Part shown: piece after piece, positions 36,572 through 50,139 of the stretch
Numbering within the stretch: the stretch's first letter is position 1
How the letters are laid out: every line of letters starts with the position of its first letter
Assembly (NCBI RefSeq): GCF_039654945.1
Contig: NW_027361687.1
Span: 61,814,001-61,878,000 of the forward strand
Origin: Dendrobates tinctorius
Taxonomy: Eukaryota
Length of the DNA: 64,000 bases
Direction of reading: 5' to 3'
Notes under the pieces: model-generated
What the model was told of the DNA's origin: nothing
The model's input: only the letters and a program-made list of their open reading frames with translations
The model's database searches: none
Translations under genes and position numbers: made by a program

Positions 36572-38758
36572 ATGTATTTAAAGAGTATTTAAAGCATTTT
36601 TATGTGGATTCTAGAGGAAAATCTTCCTTAAAATCTGCTTAAAAAATACCCTTAGAATAAGTGCACACAGAGGAGAGGTTTTTTTTAGAAGTTTTTGGAA
36701 GAGAAACTAAGCAGAAACTCTTCAAATCACCCCCCCCCTAAAAAAGAAAACCCTCATCTAAAACCCATGTCTTCAGCTCCAAAAACTCAGTAAAAAGACT
36801 CAGTGTGCACTTACACTTAGAAAGACTTTGTCAAGTGGAAAGTGCACACAATGTCTTTTTCAGGCCTGGAATCTCCCTGAAAAAGTACCGCGAAACCGCT
36901 GCAAAAAATGAACATAAAAATTACATTGCTGTACACATGTTAAGTTTTTTGTTACTTCTTTTACTCGATTCAGGGTTCGGAATTCCAAAAACACTCAGTG
37001 TGCATACAGCCTTTAGGGTATATTTACATTTATTTTTTTTGAGGTGTTAAAAAAAGGCAAGTTTTTCAAACAGAAATCATTCAAAAAACTCTTTTTCGGG
37101 GGGGGGGGGAGTGTTTGGATGAGTTTTTCTTTTCCTGAATCCTTTTTGCAGCCTTTTAATAGGACAGTGCCTATTTTGGAAAGATTTCCTTCAGGAAAGA
37201 AGTGTTTTTCAAAACATCTTCACTGTAAAAAATCTCAAAAACAGCAAAGTGAATTTCTGATAGAAATGAATTGGAAGAGTTTTCCAGGAGTTTTGAGGAG
37301 TGTATTAGAGCCGATCCTCTAAAAAACTTCTTAAAAAACTCTGTGTTAACATAGCCTTTGGGCAAAGTTGCTTGATGCTGTGGTTCTTCTAAATTTTACA
37401 AAAACAAGTTGCCTTGATAGCTATATGTTTATTTAGGGAAAAGCCCTAAATTTGCCATTCCATTGCATCTTTTAAAATGTTAGTACCAGTTTGCATTAAT
37501 TTTACTATACTGTATGTGTGTCGGGTGGTCTTAACAATTTTAGCCATTGGTATAGATGGGATCTAAGAAATATCTTGAAACAACCCTTTAAAAAAAAATT
37601 AACAAAGTGATCAGTTGATTGCCACTGGTCCGGCCCACTGCAGGTCAAATGAGGTATTACCTTTTATTATGTGATGAATTTGATTTTTATTCTCTGGTCT
37701 GGGTGCATAAAGTGGTACCAATGACCTATTAGCGGGAAAGCTCCCGATCAGCCCCATCCTCCTGGCGGATATTCCATCACTTGGCTCCACCTACATGACC
37801 CATTCCAGAAAGTAGACCGAAGCAAAGTGCAACCCTCTTGACTTTATGATAGTCCTCGCATATCCTCTGCATCCTTCCAGGCTAAGAAGAGGTTAATATC
37901 TTCGCGCTCAGTTTTGCAATGGCATCAGACACTTTCTCTGGCAGAAATAAAGCTTCAATTTATGCAGGAACTCTTTCCCAAGTCCACAGCCTGTCTCCAT
38001 TCATCCCCCCACCTCCTCCCATCACTCTCATCAGCCCTAATGAATCCTGATCCTCTGGCGCTTCCTGACGCATTTCCACAAAGAGAAGGTTTTTTCTTTT
38101 TTTTTACCCGAGAGCTGCACCTTACTGGCATTTGCATAAGACTGTCAGTTATATTTTGCTCCCGGTCATGTTTTTTTCAAAATGCTGAAATGTATATATA
38201 TTTGCGCTTTACAGTTAAAAATGGTAGTGGCGAACTCTGAGGTTTGATAATTGACAGCACAAGAGCAATTTTGGATTTCTTTTTCCCCAAGATACAAATG
38301 TATTTTCTGTACTAAGCATAAAGCAGGGATATACCTGACAGGCGCGGAGAAGTGGCTTACGGTAACCTGTCGGAATGTACAACATGGTTAGATCAAGTAG
38401 TAATGCAAAAGTACTCCAGAACTGGAATTAGGATCTGTACCACTATTTTATGTTGGGCAGCATAAATCTCATGACACATCCCATTATAAAACAAAATAAA
38501 AAACAGTTCTATTTTATAGATACTAATATCTTGGCCAGATTGGATACTAAGAGCGTCTCACTCTGGAGGCCCTGTCCATTAAAAGGAATCTGTTGCCAGG
38601 TGTTTGCTATGCAATCTGACAGCAGTATGATGTAGGGACTGAGATGCTGATTCCACTGATGTATCAATTTACTGGGTGCAGCAGTTGGGATAAAATCAGT
38701 TTTCTCTGCTGCAGATCTAGCAGCGCAATGAATACAGAGCCCCGTGTAACCCCGCCCA

Positions 38759-41511
38759 TGTAAGGAGGGGCGGAGACCTTTGTATGCCCCTCCCCCACAC
38801 GGGACCTATGAGACCCTTTTTGTATGATAACTAACAGGGGCTATGGCTTCCTTCAAGAGCTGGAGACCGTGGCGAAAGTATATGTCAATGCCGAGTCCCT
38901 TACGTTCCGTGGTCGCCTACAAGAGGGGGACCAAGTAGCTTTCATCAAGGAGCGATGGCTGTAAGAATGACCTCTGATCGGGAGGCAAGCCCAATGCAGG
39001 AGGCTCAGCGTGTTGAATGGCCGGTTGCCATGGCCGCAGTTTCTGAAGATGTGCAGGAGAGAGCGGCACCTAGACACAGTGAGGCGGCCACAGATGTGGC
39101 AGCAGAGCCGGAAACTCTGGGAGGTGTGTGACCGCCGCTGGAGGGGATGTGGAGCCCAAGGAACAGTGTGGACTCCTCCAGCGGACCCTCGTCCCACACG
39201 TATATAGTTGTGCAGGGCACGTAAGCGGCCCATTCAAATCAGTGGCCATATTTGGACTGAAGTGGATTTCTTTAAGTTGTGGTTGCACCCAGGAAAAGAA
39301 TACCAGGGACTGTTCTGTGTTCCTGAAGGGGCAAGGAGCCCAGTATGGCGCTAAAGAACTCTGGCGTGGTCACAGAATAAGGACCATGTCTATTCGTTTT
39401 CACCTTGTCCCAGTTTGTTTGCACCCGTTGGTGCACCCCATGCTGGATCAAGGGACCGAAACCTCACGGGGTTTAATTATGGTGGACTTTGTGTGCGGCT
39501 GCTACAGAACTGAACTATGTTTCCCCTGGACTGAACCCCATCTCTATCCCTGGACTAGCCCCATGTTAGAATGCAGCTTGCCACCGATTGAGGACCCATG
39601 GCCCACTGAAAGGAGAGAGGTGAAAAGCTGCTGGGTCTGAATGGGACTCACCAGTGTTAAAGGATCACCGAGCCGCTGTGAAAGACTGTGTTCATGCTAT
39701 GGACTGCGAAATGTTCTTGTTTTTATGGACTGGAAGCTCTTAAGGGGTTGTGCTTTTCTTTTTGACCTGACGGTCGAGGATGACCATTGTTTTAAGAGGG
39801 GGAGTGTAAGGAGGGGATGGAGACCCTCATATGCCCCTCCCCTACACGGGACCTATGCGACCCTTTTTGTATGATAACTATGTGTCATGTGTATTGACTT
39901 GTAGAACAGATGTCTTGTGGTGTTATTCATGTGTACCGTAAAATGTTCTGTAGTTTCATTGGACGTCACTTATGCTGTGTCTGCCTGGTGGGGCTAACAG
40001 ATCAAGAGGGACAGAGTGTTGGGTTCCTGCCTCTGCAAAGGAGGAATCCCGAGCCTTGCCCTCTGTGGTCTCCCATTCAGTCCCAACCGCAGAGGAGGCT
40101 GCTCAGCAAAGGCGTCAATCTCAGCATCTTGCTCAAGCTAGTGCTGTCAGGTTGGTTGCTGCTGCCACCTCTGGTTCAGCTTTAGCAATCCGCATTAGCC
40201 AGCAGCAACCAGCTCCAGAGGCTAAGTCCTTTTTGCAGCCTACTGAGCATGCCCGTGGGATGACCTCTCATTGGAGGTCGAAGGTCACATGCTCAGGTCC
40301 TCAAGCAGCTCGGATTGGACCATCAGGAAGATCCCAGAAGGATGCTGCTATAAAAGGTTCGCATGGCCGCTCGGCCATGCGCTAGGATAGACTCTAAAAT
40401 TGTATTTTGTGTGAGTGATGATGGATGCATGAAACTGGTGACTGACTCATTATGTCTCCCCTCCCTTGGATACGCATGTTATAGGGCTATTAGAGTTAGA
40501 GTCAGCGCTTACTAGTGGCTTTGTCTGCGCCACTGTGCTTCCACATCTCAGCATCTCACTCAGCGCCCTATGGTGCCGTCCAGCTCTGGGCACCTTCAGT
40601 ACCGCATTAAGTGGCTGCATCCGCCAGTGCGACACCATGCGCAAGTCTAGCGCTTTCCTCCCTTGTCCGGTTGGTTAGTGGCATCCGCCAGAGCGGTGCA
40701 GTTCGCACGTAGTGTGCTTTATCTATTCTTTTGTTCCTTCCTGGCACCACAGATGCGGTGCCAAGCACTGGTGTGTCTAGAGGGACTCTAACCAAGTGTC
40801 TCAGGGGTAGAGTCCTGTGACTATACACTTGCGCTCCCATTGCCGAGTTCTGTGAGCATAAACAGGCTTTGGCATTTGTGTTTGGCGGTCGGTCGGCTCT
40901 GTGAGGTAACAGAGTCCGCTTCTATACACACTAGGTGGAGTTAACCCTGTGGGTTCCACTATTGTACATATAACGTCTGCCATTACCGAGCAGCAGTTAC
41001 CATCTCTGCACAGTGGACCCCGGGCTGCGAACGCACCTAAATACCTTCTTTATTTGTGCGTTCCGCCAGCCCGTAACATGGAAGTTCCAGTTGAAGGGCC
41101 AGAGCCCGGGCACATTTGCCCAGGGCAGATACTCAGCTGTGGCTGGGAGCCTTGCCAGACCCCAGGAGGGGAAAGGGTGCTGTCCTGGATCTTTGGGCAG
41201 TGAACTGGGCACCAAGACTATGTAGATGCCCTGCCAAAGGGACTTTAAGCATCTAGATTCCGGCATATGGATTACCTCCTCTTTCGGCTGCCGTGGCTGC
41301 TGTGGGTATGGCCATGGACGTCGTTAGGGAGAGAACAGGAAGTTAATGTTGCACTTTATTCATCCCTTTTATTAAACTGTTTCCCTGTTGGACTGCAGCT
41401 GTGCCTGGGATTGCGTCTGTCCTGTCTATTTCTGTACAAGGTGCTGGGGTGTACACTGACTGTGTCTTAGTTGACTTGGCTGGGACTACCACCCCGGGCC
41501 ACCTTGCTACA
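38759..41511 (+). mobile_element. Deleted non-autonomous Gypsy-like LTR retrotransposon
   Basis: A 5' LTR stub at 38759-38833 is repeated at 39805 (TGTAAGGAGGGG...tttttgtatgataacta). Polypurine tract aagagggggag lies immediately before 39805. Ends GCTACA. TSD CCCA at 38755-38758 and 41512-41515. Confidence 0.82.
39964..41078. mobile_element. Probable second solo LTR nested in the 3' LTR
   Basis: Ends CCCGTAACA followed by TGGA. The left boundary (c)GTCAC is preceded by TGGA, but the left end is uncertain. Confidence 0.5.
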
Positions 41512-42949
41512 CCCACACCAGTGATTGGCTACTTTCTGTTTACACTGTACAGAAATCTGCCAATCAGAGGCAGGGGCATGGCTGGACTAGGTGGCATGAG
41601 ACACCTAGTCCTGTGGTGATAATCTCCTGTTGATAAAAATCTGATTCTATTGAAACAGCAAAACAAAGCCTAGTAAATAGTACATAGCTGGAATTGGGGT
41701 CTCTGTCCCTACATCATGAAGCTCTCAGATTGCATAGCAAAAATGTGCAACATATTCACTTTAATGTGAATGAACATGGTGTAATTCTTCACTTTCCTAG
41801 AGGTAGTGTTGCTGAGAAATCAAACATTTACTGCCAAGTTCTCACTGTAAAAAGACTCTCTTCTATCAAGCTGGGATTGTCCAAAGACCGAGAACCTCCT
41901 ACAATGTGGGGTCCATGTTAGATAATTACCTATAAAAAAATTGTTCTGGTTGAAAAGGTTGTCTGAGACTGACACATTGATGGTGTTCCCTAGTTATAAG
42001 TCATGAGTGGTGTGGGTGCGACACCACTAACGATCCAGGACAGGCTGGATGTAAGCGGTGATGGTTGCGGATGGGTACTGCGCTTTTAATCCCATTCACT
42101 ACCATATACATATACAGTATAGGGTGGGGGCATAAATATGTCCTTCCAGATGTATCCACCAACTATGGACACTATACAAATATAGTATTATTGCCATATA
42201 TTGGTATTTTATACCAGCTCTGCAGTGTCCGGGCCTAGGCTGATATATCTCACGGCGGTAGCACGGACTCAGACTAGTGATATCATAGGAAAACCCTGGG
42301 AGTCTCCGAGTGTCTGGCTGAAGCGATGCCCTCAGAGCTGTTGCTTCATTTCCACCAATGCACATAGCTGGGTTTTGTAACAAGGCAATAAAAAAAGAAA
42401 AAGAAAACGAGACAAAGACAATTCCCAGGATGAGGAGCTGAACTAGCTCTTGTTAGGAAATGGTTGTAGTCTCACATTAGAGAACAACCACCCGGGGAAC
42501 GCTTACACATAAAGCTATTTCCCAAATCTGCTCTGTCTATGGCTCTTACCATTTGTATGCTACAAAATCATTTTAATCATTTGTCGGGGAGTATTTTGTT
42601 CCACTCCAAGGAGATGAGGCAATGGTGAAGATAGGAAGTGCCAAAAAAAACTTTGTAGGGTATGCTCCCATTCTGCTACATATAACTCATTAATATTCAT
42701 ACTTCGTGTGAATATTTTGTCTAGTTATGGTCACTAAACACCATTGAAAGAGAACCTGTCACTTCTCATAAATAGGTAATTTTTTACGCTGTGTAAATGC
42801 CGCTGTCCTGATGTGGTGGATGACTTTGGCAATTCTGGTAGTGCAATCATCTAAATATTTTCAGTACTCCAAGAGGTTGAAATTGTAATGAAATGCTGAT
42901 AAAAGAGGTCCTGTCAAGATGTCAGTAGCGATAACTGGAAGAGTTTTTG

Positions 42950-43795
42950 TCTCTCTGCAGGAAGTGAGGGTGGGTCTTTGTCTCTCTACAGGAAATGGGA
43001 GAGGGTCTTTGTCTTTAGGAAGTGAGGGCGGATATTTGTCTCTCTACAGGAAGTGAAAGATTGTCTTTGTACCTCAACAGAAAGTGGGGATGAGTTTTTG
43101 TCTTTTTACAGGAAGTGGGAGAGGGTCTTTCTCTCCAGGAAGTGAAAGAGGGTCTTTGTCTTCAGAAAGTGAGGGCTGGTCTTTGTCTCTCTACAGGAAA
43201 TGAGGGCAGGTCTTTGTCTCTACAGGAAGTGGGAGAGGGTCTTTGTCTCTCAACAGGAAGTGAGGGCGGGTCTTTGTCTGTAGAGGAGGTGATGGCGGGT
43301 CTTTGTCTCTACAGGAAGTGGGAGAGTGTCTTTGTCTTCAGGAAGAGGAAGAGGGTCTTTGTCTTCAGGAAGTGTGGGCTAGTCTTTGTCTCTCTATAGG
43401 AAGTGAGGGCAGGTCTTTGTCTGTAGAGGAAGTGAAGGTGGGTCTTTGTCTCTACAGGAAGTGGTAGAGGGTCTTTGTCTCTGTACATTAAGTGAGGGTG
43501 GGTCTTTGTCTGCAGGAAGTGAGGATGGGTCTTTGTCTTACTACAGGAAATGGGAGAGAGTCTATCTCTCTGCAGGAAGTGGGAGAGGGTCTTTTTTCTC
43601 TATAGGAAGTGATTGCGGGTTTTTTGTCTCTACAGGAAGTGAGGGCTGGTCTCTGTCTGTCAGCAGTAATTAGGGTTTGACATTGACTGTACAGGAAGTG
43701 AGGGATGTTCTTTGTTTCTATACAAGAAGAGGAGAAATGTTATGATTCTAGAAGTTGTGTGTAGAGGGTCTTTTCATCTTTACAGGAAGTGCGGG
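42950..43795. repeat. ~26-31-bp minisatellite (ctacaGGAAGTGagggcgggtctttgtct)
   Basis: Roughly 25-30 variable tandem units. Confidence 0.92.
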
Positions 43796-44939
43796 TAGGT
43801 TTTCACAAGACAAGGGTACAGGAATAGAGAGACAAACTTCATACAGGCGTAACAGAGAGGAGCACTTTAAATTTAGGTCAGGTAAGCCAGTCAGGAGCAT
43901 TGTTAGTTGCAACACGAAGGAAAGGAAGTTCCAGCACCTATAATACTGGCAGTATACTGATGAAAATGAGCAAAGTACTGTCAAAGAGTGGATGACAAGT
44001 TGCAGAGCGGAAATGGTATTGATAATTATATTGTACGGAAAACATCAGGCGGCCTTACCGTCAACTGTAGGTTTTAGCGACAAGCTGCAGATTGTGTATA
44101 TATGTAATTGATTCTAATGAATATCTATCTATAACCTGGAAATGACAAAAGAGCGATAGCCACTTGTTTCCATCACTCTAACTGTTAAGTCCCTGCTGCA
44201 TCCTTCTTTTTGTGAAGTTGCTGGATTGCAACCAACGTTTAACAGCTTTTTATACAGGTCCATTGCTTTTAAAGGTTGGAAAGCGCGTTTCATGCTATAA
44301 ATGATTAATATCGCTGTTACAGCTCAGCCCGTTCTCCTTCCTGGATTCTCTTGACAACCCCCTAGATAGAAACCCATCCATGTCAGTTGGTTAAAAGGTT
44401 TCGCTGTAGCTACCGTTACACTTGTGCCAAGCGAGGCTTACCCGACTGCCTCCAACTACTTTGGGTTAACCCCTCAGAGTTTTTTCATACATCTAGATTT
44501 ACACTATAATGGTTAATATTAAAAGGGGGAGCTCCACCATTGATCATCTTCACAGATGTGTTAATACAGAACATCATTAGGTTTTGTGGGCTGCACTTAT
44601 GTCGTATTTCTCAGGGCAAAGTGTCTTATACTCTTGGTAAAACAAGTTAGGATCTTTGCTGTTCTCAGACACAGAGTTTTGGAAGCACCACTGACTTCTA
44701 TGCTATGACAGCTGACCAGTATAGTTCCCTTTTACACTAATTTAATAAATTACTAATGTAGTAAATGCGATATTTGCAAATCATTCATTATGTTGACTTG
44801 CCCCCCCCAAAAAAAACTACAAAATGCCTGACCAAGAGGTGTTCCCTTTCTGTCTAGTTTACTGTCCACAGCCTGTTTCAAGTTAATCCATCTCTAGCAG
44901 CAGAGGTACTGGGGTTACAGGTTGTGGAGGCAGGCCTCT

Positions 44940-45970
44940 GTTACTCTACAGGAAGTGGGAACCGGTGTTAGTCACTCTACAGGAAGTAGGGACAGTCTTT
45001 GTCACTCTGCTGAAAGTGCAGGCAGTCCTTGTCAGTTCTTGTCACTCCACAGGACGTAGGGGCACTCTTTGCCACTCTGCAGGAAGTGTCAGTCCTTGTC
45101 AGTTCTTGTCATTCCACAGCAAGTAGGGGCAGTCTTCGCCACTCTGCAGGAAGTGTCAGTCCTTGTCAGTTCTTGTCATTCCACAGCAAGTAGGGGCAGT
45201 CTTTGCCACTCTGCAGGAAGTGGGGTCAGTCCTTGTCACTCCACAGGAAGTAGGGGCAGTCTTTGTCACTCCACAGGAAGTTGGGGCAGTCCTTGTCACT
45301 CCACAGGAAGTGGGGTGGGTCTTTGTTATTCTACATGAAGTGGTAGAATGTCTTTGTCACTCTAAAGGAAGTGGGGGTGGATATTTGTCACTCTGCAGGA
45401 AGTTGGGGCAGTCCTTGTCAGTTCTTGTCACTTCTCAGGAAGTTGGGGCGGTCCTTGTCACTCCACAGGAAGTGGGGGTGGGTCTTTATCACTGCTGAAA
45501 GTAGGGGCAGTCTTTGTCAATCTACAGGAAGTGGGTCTTTGTCTCTCTACAGGACGTGAGGGTGGGTCTTTGTCACTCCACAAGAAGTGGGAGTGAGTTT
45601 TTGTCACTCTACAGGAAGTGATGGTGGATTTTTGTCACTCCACAAGAAGTGGGAGTGGGTCTTTGTCACACCACATGAAATGATAGTGGGTCTTTGTTAC
45701 TATACATGAAATGTGGGTGAGTCTTTGTCCCTCTACAGGAAGGGGGGAGCTCTTTGTTTCTGAAAAAAGTGGGTGAAGATGTATGTCTCTTTACATGAAG
45801 TGTGGGCAGGTCTTCACTCTACAGTACTTGTGGGCAGGTCCTCATCACTGTACAGGAAATGGGGAATAAGTTACTGTATCTCTACAGGAATAACTTCCTG
45901 TATCACATCCTGTATCACTTCCTGTATCTCTACAGGAAGTGAGGGTGTTTTTGTTCTTCTGTACAAAAAG
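44940..45970. repeat. Related ~30-bp minisatellite (cactccacaGGAAGTggggcagtctttgt)
   Basis: Tandem units sharing caggaagt and ctttgtc with 42950-43795. Confidence 0.9.
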
Positions 45971-47199
45971 TGGGGGTGAGTAAGTGTCAGTGTGAGAGCT
46001 TGTTTCTCTGAACCTTGTTCTCCTGTCTATCAAACTGCATATAGACATAACAGAGAGGCCAACTTTCAATTCAGGGCAGGAAAGTCATTGAATAATTGCA
46101 CGTACAATGCATGCTGGAAAGTAAGAGAGCGAAAGTTGCAGTCCACACCAAAGATCAAAGAGAATTGTTAAGCTCCCTTTCTGTTATGAAAATGGCGGAG
46201 CCAGGAGACAATCCCCCATTGTTAGAGAATAAAGGTAACAAAAAAAAAATGCAGCTCCACATATCCATAAAATCTTTAAACTTTATTAATCCAAATTAAA
46301 AAGCAACAACTTTATAGCAGTAATACAGGAATTTCTTGCACCTATACTGCTGGCAGAATGCTAATGAAAGGGAACTGCCTACTTTAAATATTAGGATGAC
46401 AAGTTACATAGTAGGAGAATCAAGACAGTCCTCGTACTGGTGTGTTGACCGAAAGCAGTTTTAACTTGTTATGGAGTAAGATCTGCTTTAAAGACTCACA
46501 AAAAGTCCTGATTTTTTTTCTTTTTGGACAACAGCTATTTACACACATCTCTTTTTTTTTAATCAGCTATTTAATGGGAAGGAGCATGGTAAACACTGAA
46601 GAACTTTCTCTGATGCTGTCAATGTAAATGTGATTAGATCATAGTACCGATGAGATATATACACTAGTGCAACGGAAAACAAATAAACTAGTGAGCTAAT
46701 CAATAATATCTGTATACGAGTCCATCAGGCATCTTTTAACAGCAACTTAACACTCTCTTCATCACCGGCCAGGCGGCCAATTAAAAAGTGTCAGACAAAA
46801 CTTGAAAGTATCTGTAAATGTATAAATGGACCTGCTGCTAATAAATCAGCCATCCACTAGTGATATCTCATATCCTCCAAATTTACGCTGTACTGCCTTG
46901 CCACGAGATGAAGATGCCTTGTCAGATCTCAGCAATGGCATCAAAACATCCCAGAACCTTCAAATATTCTTTGGTCCACACTGAGCCCAATTGCAACTCA
47001 TTACCCTGGAGAATTAATTAATATTCCTCATACGTCGTAAGGCCTGAACACACATTAGATTAAATTCGGCCAACTAGACGAGTCAAAATACATCTCAGAC
47101 TTCATCGACCTACATTCTCCATGAACCATAATGAATGAATAAATGGTGTGTGGACCATAATGAATGGTTATCAGATGGTCATTGATCAAAGTCAACTTT

Positions 47200-48400
47200 C
47201 ACCGAAACCGATGATCGTTCGTTGTGGTCAAAATCGGACGACGTTTATGTGTTTATGGGCAACATCACAAAAAAAATGATGAACCTCACACGTTGGGAGT
47301 TATCTAAGATAGCCTCCAAAAAGAAGATGTTGAGAAACTAATGATCAGGCACTCGGATACGTTTTTTTCTAATGTGCATGGGAAACATTACAAAAAAGTG
47401 GTGGACCTCACCAGCTGGAAACCATCTAAGGCATTCTCCCGAAAGATGATATTGGGAAAAAATATCAGTCATTTGTTATGGTCGAAATGGGACCTTTATC
47501 TAATGTGTATGGGCAACATTACAAAGAAAAAGTAGTGGACCTCAACCTTTGGGAACCATCTAAGGTGGCCTTCCCAAAGATGATGTTGGGGAAAAAAAGA
47601 TCAATCATTCGTTATGGTTGAAATCGGACAATGTTTATCTAATGTGTCATGGGCAACTTAAAAAAAAAATGTGCTGGACCTCACCAGTCAGGAATTGTCT
47701 AAGATAGACTCTTGAAAAATGATTTTCGCGAAAAAAAGATAAGGCATTCATTATGGTCAAAATCTGACGAAGTTTATCTTATGTGTATGAGCAACATTAC
47801 AGGAAAAAGTGGACCTCACCCATAGGGAACCATCTAAGGTAGCCACCTAAAAATGTTGTGGAAGGAAAGATCAGGAGTTCATTATGGTCAAAATCAGATG
47901 ATGTTTATCTAATGTGTATTGGCAACATTACAGAAAAAATGGACCTTGGCAGTTAGGAACCATCTAAGGTAGCTTCCCGAAAGATGATGTTGGGAAAAAA
48001 AGATTAGGCATTCATTATGGTCAAAACTGACCTATAGTTATGTAATGTGTATGGGCAACATTTCAATTGGAAAGCATCTAACATGGCTTCCCAAATGATG
48101 TTTGGGAAAGAAAAATTAGGTGTTAATTATTATCGAAATCGGACATTTATGTAAGCTGAACAGGCAACATTTCAAAAAAAGTGGTGAACCTCACCTGTTG
48201 GGAACCATCTAAGTTAGTCTCCCAAAAGATGATGTTGGGTGGAAGGGGGGGAGATCAGGCATTCCTTATTGTCAAAATCGGATCACATTTATGTCATATG
48301 TATGGACAACATTATAGGAAAAAGTGAAATTCACCCATAGGGAATCATCTGAGGTGGTCTCCCAAAAGATGATGCTGGGGAAGGAAAGATCAGACATGTT
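47200..48400. repeat. ~135-bp tandem repeat (about 9 units), probably expanded inside a MITE
   Basis: gcaacat-like motif at 47259, 47382, 47513, 47653, 47791, 47922, 48055, 48164 and 48306. Each unit carries ggaaccatctaagg and ttatggtcaaaatc-like motifs. Confidence 0.85.
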
Positions 48401-50139
48401 GAGATAAATCGTCCAATGTTTTTGTCACTCTCCGAGGCGTGTCTGGCAAAGACTTGCCCACTTTTCCTATTGAAAAGTCATTCACTATCGGCTGAGTGTT
48501 CATGTGTATGGGGGAATTAGGAGTGAGAACTGTTGTTAAGATGGTCACCATCTAAGGGTTCAGAAAGCTGATGCCTCTGAAGGATGTCAAATTTCTTCTT
48601 CCCTGACTTGATTAGATGAATACCGTTTATCGGCCGGCTTTTGTTCTCTATTTACAGACGCGTTGAGTCTATATGTGGGGAACCAAAATGTTAGGTGAAC
48701 ATGGTCTAAAAATCGTTTGAAAAAGTTAGCACCTCACACGAAACCTTTCCCAAGTGTACAATCTTCGAATAGCTTGTTGTTAGAATAATTTACATCCTCT
48801 CTGCCAATGTCATTCTTATCGGATCTTCTGCCTTTTCGTCTGACATCTGCTAACCACATTCAAGGCTTTTTTCACAGACATGACAGGTTGAAAATGCAAA
48901 ACAAAAGATTAATTTCAGACAGAAAAGGAAAATTACGGATTTTGTTGAATATGAGAAAGCGTTAAGGAGGAAAAAGACTGTGCTAAAAATATATATATTT
49001 GCAGTGGCTTGTACATGGAGACAGGCAGTTTTCCTTGGTCCTAGGTGAATTTCTTGCTGTGGGCGACCAATTCGTGTAGGGAAGATAAAAGGCCAGTTGT
49101 GTCCTCTGTTGACTGCAGAAGTAGCGGCTTTTAATCACAGTCCCCGTGTTCAGAATGACCTTGTCGGAGCTCACTACATACCATACAATCTGGGTCTATT
49201 GTTGGCTGAGTGCGTCAGGTTCAGACTTATTTGATGCGGGGCCCGTATACCAAGCAGCGACGCTTTTCTCTTGGCAAAAACATGTTTCAAATGGAAATAA
49301 AGGATGAGTCGCTGGCTGGGAAGAAAGGAACACCGGATCACAGGTTATACTCGTAAAGAAAGCTAGTTTTAATAAGACCCATTTATTGGTTTGGAAAAAT
49401 GGCAAGATAAATATTTGCAAGATGAGTGGTCCTTGTCAACTGGGGTGACAATTTTTCCCATCAAGGACTCTGGTCCATCGGCCAGATCAGAAGTCTCTGG
49501 CCATCGGACAGAAGGATTTCGAAAATCTTACCTTCCATACAGATGATGTCACACCAGATAAAAAGCCTTGCTGGGGATCCTGAAAGGTAAAAGATTCAGA
49601 GTTCCCATCCATGAGTCCAAAAGCACTGACCTGGCTGATGGACCAGAGTCCTTCGAATCGATCCACTCATTTCTACTGATTTACTTTTTCTCCATTCATG
49701 TCAATGTGATGGAAAAGTCAACCATTATGGAAAAACTCAATGCAATTCAATATTTTATTAGCATTTTTCAAGGTTTAAAAGGATAATTCCCATCTGCATA
49801 GATGGATATAGTGCAATAAAAATAAGCATTTTTGGCATTTAATGCTTGTCAAAATTCTTAGTCGTTTTTGAGAAATGAACACTTTTCTTTTTGTTTCCAA
49901 CTCGTTGCCTAGGAGCACGACCACTACTGCTGCCTAGCAGGTAAGCACTATGCTGCACCCGACCAGGATTAACATGTAACCGTGTGCTCTAGTATTCCTG
50001 TTCATTTAAAAAAAAAACTAATAAGCTCAACAGAAAAGAGTTTGTAAACACAGAGCATATACTGTCTAGCAGTGTTGGTCGGTCTCCATGGCAATGAGCT
50101 GTAAACAAAAGAAAAGTCTTAATATATTAAGAAGGGGTG

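Larger units (their letters stand above)
38583..41742. mobile_element. TTAA-targeting palindromic MITE split by an LTR element
   Basis: TTAA|aaggaatctg...tttgctatgcaatctga...atgatgtagggac on the left is inverted at about 41690-41742. The empty site aaccccgCCCAcaccagtgattgg is continuous. Confidence 0.7.

Noticed and set aside
38853-39640. ORFs of 126-170 aa inside the LTR element as gag or env
   Set aside because: No CCHC, protease, RT or integrase motifs recognisable.
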